Source: a bacterium
Lineage (GTDB): Bacteria > Patescibacteriota > JABMPQ01 > JBDRIV01
Length of the DNA: 64,000 nucleotides
NCBI GenBank assembly: GCA_043815505.1
Contig: JBDRIV010000002.1
Span: 438,943 to 502,942 of the forward strand
Reading direction: 5' to 3'
The position numbers were made by a program, and so were the translations under genes. How positions within the stretch are numbered: position 1 is the stretch's first letter; each line of letters starts with the position of its first letter. Of this stretch, positions 57,458-64,000 are shown one piece after another. The notes beneath the pieces are model-generated. The model was not told the origin of the DNA. It did no database searches and was given only the letters and a program-made list of their open reading frames with translations.

Positions 57458-59150
57458 TAGTGTCTGGCAAGCCAAGCCAAGAAATGAGAAACTTTTTGGA
57501 GTACTTAAGAGTAAATATTCCAAACTGGAAGCAGAAATACTTAGTCGTCGAGAACTAACGGATGAAAAAGAACTGGAAGAGTATTTAAGTCCAAAATTTG
57601 AGGGGTTATATGACCCTTTTCTTTTGTTAAATATGAAAAAAGTTATAACCAGATATTTTTCAGCCATTAGTAAGAAAGAAAAGGTGGCGATTTATGCTGA
57701 TTACGATGCTGATGGTATTTGTTCCGGCGCTCTATTAACTGATATTGTAAAACTAAGTTTTTCAGATTTCGAAATATATATTCCTGATAGAAAACTAGAA
57801 GGTTATGGTCTAAAGAAAAAAGCAATCGAATTCTTATGGAAAAAAGGAGTGAGTTTAATAATCTCTTGTGACTGTGGTATTAGTAACAAAGAAGAAATTG
57901 ATTATGCCAAAAAACTGGGTGTTGATGTTATAGTATTAGATCATCACGATCCACCAGATTATAATTTTAGTAATTATTATATTATTGATCCAAAATTAAA
58001 AAATGATAAATATAAAGATAAAAATATTTGTGGTGGCGGAGTAGTTTATAAATTTATACAAGCAGTAATAATTGCTAACCAAAATGAGAAATTAATTAAA
58101 TTTCCAGAGCACTTTGCAAAATGGTCACTTGATTTAGTAGGAATTGCCACCATAGCTGACATGGTTCCTCTCAAAAAAGAAAATAGAATATTTGCTAAAT
58201 ATGGTTTAGTTGTTTTAAATAAAACTAAAAGAATAGGAATAAAAGAGCTTGTAAAAAGAAGTGGACTGGATAAGGAAATTATTGATACCAGAAATGTTGG
58301 CTATGTTATTGCACCCAGGTTAAATGCAGCTGGAAGAATTGATCATGCCAATAGTTCATATAAATTATTGGTTTCTCAAGATAAAAAGGAAGCTAAAACA
58401 ATTGCGAGTGAATTAAATATTAAAAATTCATCTCGTCAAGAACTTACCAATCAAGTTTATATAGAAGCAATTGAAAATGCTAAAAAAGAAAGTGGAAATA
58501 TAATTGTTTTAAAAAGTAAAAAGTGGGATAGTGGAGTGTTGGGGATAGCCGCTTCTCGAATTACCAATGAACTAAACAAACCCACAATTCTAATGACTGA
58601 AAATAAGGATGAAATTACCGGTTCAGCCAGAAGTATAAAAAACTTTAATATAATAGAAGCTATTAGAAAACATAAGGACTTACTCATAACATTTGGGGGT
58701 CATCCTCAAGCTGCTGGTTTAACGGTGGAAAAAAGTAATTTCGAAAGTTTTAAAGAAAAGATGATTAAGCACACAGCTAAAAAGATATCTAAAGCTGATT
58801 TAATAAAACTCTATGAATATGATGTAGAAACAGATTTAGACAACATAAATTATTCTTTGTATAAAACCATAGAACTTCTAGAACCATTTGGTATGGGAAA
58901 TAAGAAACCAATATTTCTTTTAAATAATTTAATTATTGAAAAATACAATTTTGTTGGTAAAAAAGAAAATCATTTAAAATTGAATTTACGTTCTGGTCGC
59001 AAAAGAATATCAGCCATCAAATTCAATATCGAAAAGAATAAAATAGAAAATATTTTAAAAAAGGAAAAACTTGATGTCTTAGTAGAATTAAGTGAAAATA
59101 AATATATGGGACGATCAAGTTTGGAATTACAATTAATTGATTTAAAATAA
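57450..59150 (+). CDS. recJ: ssDNA exonuclease RecJ
   Basis: DYDADG, EGYG, DCG, DHH, PRLNAAGR, GSARS, GGHPQAAG, EPFGMGN. Confidence 0.97.
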   Translation: MDNSVWQAKPRNEKLFGVLKSKYSKLEAEILSRRELTDEKELEEYLSPKFEGLYDPFLLLNMKKVITRYFSAISKKEKVAIYADYDADGICSGALLTDIVKLSFSDFEIYIPDRKLEGYGLKKKAIEFLWKKGVSLIISCDCGISNKEEIDYAKKLGVDVIVLDHHDPPDYNFSNYYIIDPKLKNDKYKDKNICGGGVVYKFIQAVIIANQNEKLIKFPEHFAKWSLDLVGIATIADMVPLKKENRIFAKYGLVVLNKTKRIGIKELVKRSGLDKEIIDTRNVGYVIAPRLNAAGRIDHANSSYKLLVSQDKKEAKTIASELNIKNSSRQELTNQVYIEAIENAKKESGNIIVLKSKKWDSGVLGIAASRITNELNKPTILMTENKDEITGSARSIKNFNIIEAIRKHKDLLITFGGHPQAAGLTVEKSNFESFKEKMIKHTAKKISKADLIKLYEYDVETDLDNINYSLYKTIELLEPFGMGNKKPIFLLNNLIIEKYNFVGKKENHLKLNLRSGRKRISAIKFNIEKNKIENILKKEKLDVLVELSENKYMGRSSLELQLIDLK

Positions 59151-59554
59151 TGAATTTTACAATGCACACAGATGGAGGATCCAGAGGAAATCCTGGGTCA
59201 GCGGCCATCGGAGTAGTAGTTAAAGATATGATGGGGAAAAAGGTAATCGAAATATCTAAAAGTATTGGCGAGACGACCAATAATCAAGCCGAATACACGG
59301 CTCTTATAGTGGGCCTTCAAGAATGCCTAAAAAATAGGTTCTTAGAAGTAACTTGTTTTCTTGATTCAGAATTGGTTGTAAATCAAATAAATGGCTTATA
59401 TAAGGTTAAAAATGCAGGTATTGCGGAATTAATAGTTAAGGTCAATCAGTTAAAAAATCAGTTTAAAAAGATTCAATTTAATCATATAGTTAGAGAAAAA
59501 AACATAGAGGCTGATGCTCTGGTAAATAAGGCTTTGGACAACTTGACAATTTAG
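59150..59554 (+). CDS. rnhA: Ribonuclease HI
   Basis: TDGGSRGNPG, TNNQAEY, DSELVVNQ, HIVREKNIEADAL. Confidence 0.93.
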   Translation: MNFTMHTDGGSRGNPGSAAIGVVVKDMMGKKVIEISKSIGETTNNQAEYTALIVGLQECLKNRFLEVTCFLDSELVVNQINGLYKVKNAGIAELIVKVNQLKNQFKKIQFNHIVREKNIEADALVNKALDNLTI

Positions 59555-59571
59555 ACATTTTCGTATAGGAT
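59543..59571 (+). promoter_or_regulatory. Promoter of rnpB
   Basis: TTGACA-17-TAGGAT, ending 16 nt before P1. Confidence 0.75.
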
Positions 59572-59587
59572 AACAGCGTGCTTTTAC

Positions 59588-60083
59588 GGGGAAGATAAAT
59601 GGTTGCTCTAAAATATTTTTTAGAGAGGAAAGTCCGAACACCGCTACGTGGTGGTTCGTAACGCGAACCCAGGGATTAAAAAGCGTTCTTTAGAAGCAGC
59701 GTGAAATGATCGATCGTCATTTCGCTCTTGATTCTATTAAGATTGTTTAATTAGAACCTGAGGGAAAGTGCCACAGAAATTATACCGCCCCGTCCCAGTT
59801 TTGGAGAACTTATAATACTGTTGCGAAGTTTATAGAAAATGAAATTTTAGGAATATAAAGTGTGAGTTCTATAAAACTGGAGCGGGGTAAGGGTGAAACC
59901 GTGGTGTAAGAGACCACGCAAAACTTTAGGCGACTAAAGATTTGGGTAAACCCCACCTGGTGCAAGGTTGATAGGTATTTACCTAAACCGCTTGAGCTTG
60001 CATGCAAATGTAAGCGAAGATAGATAACCATTACTTTCTTCAATAATCTTGAGAGAGAACAGAATTCGGCTTATTTCTTCCCC
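59588..60083 (+). ncRNA. rnpB: RNase P RNA (about 496 nt, enlarged P9 and P12)
   Basis: GAGGAAAGTCCG, GAAAGTGCCACAGAAA..ACCGCC, GGTAAGGGTGAAAC..GTAAGAG, GGTAAACCCC..GCAAG, AGATAGAT, ACAGAATTCGGCTTA; P1 GGGGAAGA/TCTTCCCC. Confidence 0.95.
59788..59887. repeat. Palindromic element copy 3, inside the RNase P RNA P12 region
   Basis: Arms CCCCGTCCCAGTTTTGGAGAACTTATA / TGTGAGTTCTATAAAACTGGAGCGGGG; ends match those of copy 1. Confidence 0.75.
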
Positions 60084-60095
60084 TGAAGCACAAAA

Positions 60096-60123
60096 GGTAC
60101 GTAAAATGGTTTACGTATTTTTT
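60096..60123 (+). terminator. Terminator after rnpB
   Basis: TACGTAAA-ATGG-TTTACGTA followed by T6. Confidence 0.65.
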
Positions 60124-60139
60124 ACATAGCCTTGTGTCA

Positions 60140-61534
60140 ATGAAAAGATCAGAATTATATATTACAATTTTACTAATACCTCTTGATTACCTCATGATTA
60201 TAATGGCGGGATTTTTAGCCTATGTTATTAGATTTTCAACTCAAATAACATCTATTCGTCCGGCTATTTTTGATTTGGATTTTTCTGAATTTATGATGAC
60301 CTTAAGTATTGTTGGCATATCTTGGATTATCATTTTTGCCTTCATGGGATTATACAAATTTGAACAAAGAAAGAAGTTTATTGATGAATTATACAGAGTG
60401 ATTACTGCCGTTTCTGTGGGAACTGTCGCTGTAATTATTTTTTCTTTTGCCGTTCGAGAATTGTTTTCCTCTCGTTTTATTGTTGTGGCCGCTTGGTTTT
60501 TAGGAATAATTTTAATTACTATCACACGTTTATTTGTTAGCTATATTCAACGTTTACTTTATAAATATGGTTGTGGAATTCACAGAATAGTATTAATTGG
60601 TGGAAATGGAGTTTGTCATCATTTAATGCAAACCATCGAAAATAATATTCATATGGGTTATCAAGTAATTGGTGTATTGCCAAATCTAAAAGAAGATACA
60701 ATAGATATAATTAGTAAGCTCAAACAAAGAAGAGAAATCAATGAAATTATTCACTGTGATCCTAAAATAGATCGTGATTTAGTAAATCCCGTTATTGATT
60801 ACTGCCAAGAAAACAATATTGAATTTAAATTTGTACCGGATGTCTTTGAGACCCAAACCAGTAATATAGAAGTTAAACAACTGGCTGGTTTACCTTTAAT
60901 TAATTTAAAACTTTCCGCCATTGAAGGTTGGGGGAAAATTATTAAAAGGTTATTTGATATTGTAATTTCCTTTTTAACCTTATTGATCTTAGTTCCATTT
61001 TTTATAGTGATAGCAATAATTACTAAATTGGATAAGGAAACTCCAGGACCGGTATTTGTTAAATTAACAAGGCAAAATCAAAAAGGAAAATTTAAATTAT
61101 ATAAATTTCGTTCCATGGTTGTTGATGCTCATAAAATGAAGCAACAATTACTTGATTTAAATGAAAGAAAAGGTGGACCGTTATTTAAAATGAAAAATGA
61201 TCCCCGGGTTACAAGAACTGGCAGATGGCTTAGAAATACAAGCATTGATGAGCTCCCTCAGTTCTTAAATGTCTTAAAAGGTGATATCAGTTTAGTAGGA
61301 CCTCGTCCGCATGAACCAGAAGAAATAAAAAATTATGAAAAAAATCATTTAAAACTTTTAACCGTGAAGCCGGGGATTACCGGTATGGGTCAAGTTTCGG
61401 GAAGAAGTGATTTAGATTTTGCGGAAGAAGCTAAGCTGGATTTGTATTATATTTCTAACTGGTCTTTCAAACTGGACTTACAAATATTAGTAAAAACAGT
61501 TTTTGTAATTCTTAGTCGTAAATCAGCAGCCTAA
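60140..61534 (+). CDS. Polyprenyl-phosphate hexose-1-phosphate transferase (WcaJ/CpsE-type priming glycosyltransferase)
   Basis: N-terminal TMs; KRLFDI, KFRSM, DPRVT, SIDELPQFLNVLKGDISLVGPRP, KPGITG, LDLYYI; alternative GTG start at 60134. Confidence 0.93.
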   Translation: MKRSELYITILLIPLDYLMIIMAGFLAYVIRFSTQITSIRPAIFDLDFSEFMMTLSIVGISWIIIFAFMGLYKFEQRKKFIDELYRVITAVSVGTVAVIIFSFAVRELFSSRFIVVAAWFLGIILITITRLFVSYIQRLLYKYGCGIHRIVLIGGNGVCHHLMQTIENNIHMGYQVIGVLPNLKEDTIDIISKLKQRREINEIIHCDPKIDRDLVNPVIDYCQENNIEFKFVPDVFETQTSNIEVKQLAGLPLINLKLSAIEGWGKIIKRLFDIVISFLTLLILVPFFIVIAIITKLDKETPGPVFVKLTRQNQKGKFKLYKFRSMVVDAHKMKQQLLDLNERKGGPLFKMKNDPRVTRTGRWLRNTSIDELPQFLNVLKGDISLVGPRPHEPEEIKNYEKNHLKLLTVKPGITGMGQVSGRSDLDFAEEAKLDLYYISNWSFKLDLQILVKTVFVILSRKSAA

Positions 61535-62649
61535 TGAAAGTAGCTTTAGTACATGATTTTTTAAACCAAATTGGTGGAGCAGAAAAAGTTCTGCAGACTT
61601 TTCATGATCTTTATCCTAAGGCCCCAGTTTATACCATGACTTATGATAAGATGGAAACAAAAGGAGAATTTTCAAATTTAGATATTAAGACATCTTTCAT
61701 TCAGAAACTTCCTGGTGGAGTAAAAAAATATAAATGGTTTATACCCTTAATGCCAGCAGCGATTGAACATCTTGATTTAAAAAAATATGATATGATACTT
61801 TCTGATTGTTCAGCTTTTGCTAAAGGAATAATTCCCAGCACCGAATCCTTGCATATTTGCTATTGTCATACACCCACTAGATTTTTGTGGAGTGATTCGC
61901 ACAAATATACCGAGGAATTAAATGTGCCAGGAATTGTAAAAAGAGTTTTGCCAATATTTTTAAATCGTTTGCGTCTCTGGGATAAAGCGGCAGCCGATCG
62001 AGTCGATCATTTTATTGCCAATTCCAAATTTGTTGCCGAAAGAATAAAAAAATATTATCAAAAAGAAAGTGATGTTATATATCCGCCCGTTGTAACAACT
62101 GGATATCCTGATGATAATAAAGTAGAGGATTACTATGTGATCGTATCGCGTTTACGCCCCTACAAAAAAGTTGATTTAGTAATTGAAGCATTTAATGCTC
62201 TTGGTTATAAATTAAAAATTATTGGTACCGGCGAAGAAATGGAAAATCTAAAAAAACTGGCAAAACCAAATATTGAATTTTTAGGACCAGTTGCAGATGA
62301 GGAAAGAAACAGACAGTTAGCAAATTGTCGTGCCTTTATAAATCCGCAAGAAGAAGATTTTGGTATAGCACCGGTTGAAGCCATGGCCGCTGGACGTCCA
62401 GTTGTAGCTTACAAAAAAGGTGGCGCCAAAGAAACTGTAATTGAAGGAAAAACTGGTGTTTTCTTTGAAGATCAAACTCCTTGGAATTTGGTAGATGTTA
62501 TACGAGAAAATCATGAGAAATTGGCCAAGTATAATATTGATGATATCAAAGCTCATGCCAGAAAATTCGATACAAAAGAATTTAACTACAATATCAAAAA
62601 TTACGTACAAACAAAGTACGATGAATATTTAAACAGTAAATTAATATAA
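61534..62649 (+). CDS. Glycosyltransferase family 4
   Basis: VHDFLNQIGGAEKV, YCHTPTR, EDFGIAPVEAMAAG. Confidence 0.92.
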   Translation: MKVALVHDFLNQIGGAEKVLQTFHDLYPKAPVYTMTYDKMETKGEFSNLDIKTSFIQKLPGGVKKYKWFIPLMPAAIEHLDLKKYDMILSDCSAFAKGIIPSTESLHICYCHTPTRFLWSDSHKYTEELNVPGIVKRVLPIFLNRLRLWDKAAADRVDHFIANSKFVAERIKKYYQKESDVIYPPVVTTGYPDDNKVEDYYVIVSRLRPYKKVDLVIEAFNALGYKLKIIGTGEEMENLKKLAKPNIEFLGPVADEERNRQLANCRAFINPQEEDFGIAPVEAMAAGRPVVAYKKGGAKETVIEGKTGVFFEDQTPWNLVDVIRENHEKLAKYNIDDIKAHARKFDTKEFNYNIKNYVQTKYDEYLNSKLI

Positions 62650-63257
62650 TGAATATATCACCGCAAAAATTCTTCAAGCAATATGCTTGGTTTATAATCA
62701 TTAGCATAGTCGTGGTATTGATTGTGGCCATTCTTCTAACTGTTGTGCCAGAGCCAAAATTTAAAACCACTATAAGTATGTCCGTTTATAGAACGGAGAG
62801 AACAGACAATCAAGATTTTCAATATGATAATTATTATGCCATTGAAGCTTCAGAATTGATGGTTAAAACCATGAAATCATGGTTAGCAAATCCTGATATT
62901 GTTGCTGATATTTATAATCAGGAAGGTTTCGAAAAAGGTGGTCACGAGGTATTAAAATTAGCAAAAGGTATTAAAACTGAACAATTATCACCTCATACAC
63001 TAAATGTAAATTTTATTTCTGATACAGAGGATGAAGCCCTAAAAGTTGCTAGTAAAATGAAAACTGAAATGGAAACTCTAATTAGTGAAGCAGAAAAAAA
63101 TAGTACTGAAACTCAAGCTTTTTCTTTACAGACAACAGATCCCTTCACGGTAGAAAACAATTACAATCCCTACATGGTGGCTGTAATTAGTATAATTGCA
63201 GGTTTTCTACTGGCCACCGGATTAGCCTTAATTAAAGAATTCTTTTCTAATACATGA
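62649..63257 (+). CDS. Wzz/CpsC-like polysaccharide chain-length regulator
   Basis: Two TMs flanking an extracytoplasmic domain; C-terminal GFLLATGLALIKE; polysaccharide locus context. Confidence 0.7.
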   Translation: MNISPQKFFKQYAWFIIISIVVVLIVAILLTVVPEPKFKTTISMSVYRTERTDNQDFQYDNYYAIEASELMVKTMKSWLANPDIVADIYNQEGFEKGGHEVLKLAKGIKTEQLSPHTLNVNFISDTEDEALKVASKMKTEMETLISEAEKNSTETQAFSLQTTDPFTVENNYNPYMVAVISIIAGFLLATGLALIKEFFSNT

Positions 63258-64000
63258 AAATAGGAATAGATATTAGACCGCTGCAGGAGGAAAATATTTC
63301 AGGAGTAGGAGAATATCTTTTCTATTTGCTTAAATACTTAGCTAAAAATGAAACTAAAAACAAATATGTTTTACTAGCCAATTCATTTCATGAACCTAAG
63401 ATCCCAAAATTTATTGAAAATAGCAATAAATTTGAACTGAAGAAGTATCGTATTCCCAACAAAATATTCAATCTTTGCCAAGTAATATTTAAATATCCCA
63501 AACTGGATAAATTACTGGGCGGAGTGGATATTTTATTTTTGCCCAATATAACTTTCACTTCCGTCTCAAGCAATTGTAAACTAATATTAACAGTTCACGA
63601 TCTTTCTTATTTGCAGTATAAAGAATACCTAAGTTGGAAGAGAAAAATTTGGCACAAAATCGTAAATCCTAAATCCTTAATAAAGAGAGCCGATAAAATT
63701 ATTGCGGTTTCTGAATCTACAAAAAGGGAACTAGAGGATTTATTGAATGTTTCCCAAGATAAGATTGACGTAATATACTCAGGAATTAGTTACAAGGATA
63801 ATAAAAAAGAAATTAACACTAAAAGTAAATATAGTACAGGAAATAAATATATTTTAGCTTTAGGTGTTTTGGAACCAAGAAAAAATATTTATGGATTAAT
63901 AAAAGCATTTTCCGAATTAAATGAAAAATATAGTAACTATAAATTAGTAATTGTTGGTAAAATGGGCTGGAAAAATAAAATGTTGTCAACTTTAAATAAT
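63254..64000 (+). CDS. Glycosyltransferase family 4 (partial, runs off the window)
   Basis: MKIGIDIRPLQEENISGVGEY.., TVHDLSY, IAVSESTK, LGVLEPRKN; ATGA overlap with the previous gene; absent from the ORF track because it has no stop. Confidence 0.9.
   Translation, partial: MKIGIDIRPLQEENISGVGEYLFYLLKYLAKNETKNKYVLLANSFHEPKIPKFIENSNKFELKKYRIPNKIFNLCQVIFKYPKLDKLLGGVDILFLPNITFTSVSSNCKLILTVHDLSYLQYKEYLSWKRKIWHKIVNPKSLIKRADKIIAVSESTKRELEDLLNVSQDKIDVIYSGISYKDNKKEINTKSKYSTGNKYILALGVLEPRKNIYGLIKAFSELNEKYSNYKLVIVGKMGWKNKMLSTLNN

Noticed and set aside
59810-60043. 77-aa minus-strand ORF
   Set aside because: Antisense to RNase P RNA conserved motifs
305-63573. Many short antisense or alternate-frame ORFs in the ORF track (e.g. 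1843-2136, 11347-11637, 35527-35913, 51512-51859)
   Set aside because: They lie within well-supported genes and lack family motifs; shadow ORFs
1-64000. CRISPR array, cas genes, transposase, integrase or prophage
   Set aside because: No regularly spaced direct repeats and no such protein motifs seen
1-64000. Alternative genetic code 25 (TGA=Gly) as in Gracilibacteria/SR1
   Set aside because: Conserved genes are full length in code 11 and several (folD, serS, pgk, ackA) end properly at TGA

Overview
AT-rich, gene-dense chromosomal segment in standard code 11 (TGA is used as stop). Gene content and order (rpsK-rpsD-rpoA-rplQ-rplM-rpsI, two mreB paralogues, a stand-alone VirD4-like ATPase, a divergent group-3-like NiFe hydrogenase, almost no Shine-Dalgarno motifs) point to a Patescibacteria/CPR bacterium; this is inference. 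Most of the window is housekeeping: translation, cell wall and shape (murA, mreBCD-mrdA, alr-ddl-ftsQ), replication (holB, dnaB, dnaX, recR, recJ), a lower-glycolysis/acetate cluster (tpiA-gap-pgk-eno-gpmI-pduL-ackA-ROK), tRNA-Gln, RNase P RNA and the start of a polysaccharide locus. I saw no CRISPR array, transposase, integrase or prophage. Best leads: (1) a dispersed palindromic element family (left arms similar to CCCCGCYCCAGTTT) found twice between convergent genes and once inside the P12 region of an enlarged RNase P RNA; (2) a membrane-anchored, single-AAA ClpA/B-like ATPase coupled to corA and a small membrane ORF; (3) a minimal NiFe hydrogenase with a tandem-Cys small subunit, facing a convergent DMT/DUF6390-like/protease operon whose protease tail lies antisense to the L2 motif; (4) an E. 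coli-like -1 frameshift cassette in dnaX; (5) an archaeal-type PGK; (6) gpmI split at an A10 tract. All calls come from reading motifs by eye; no database searches were run.
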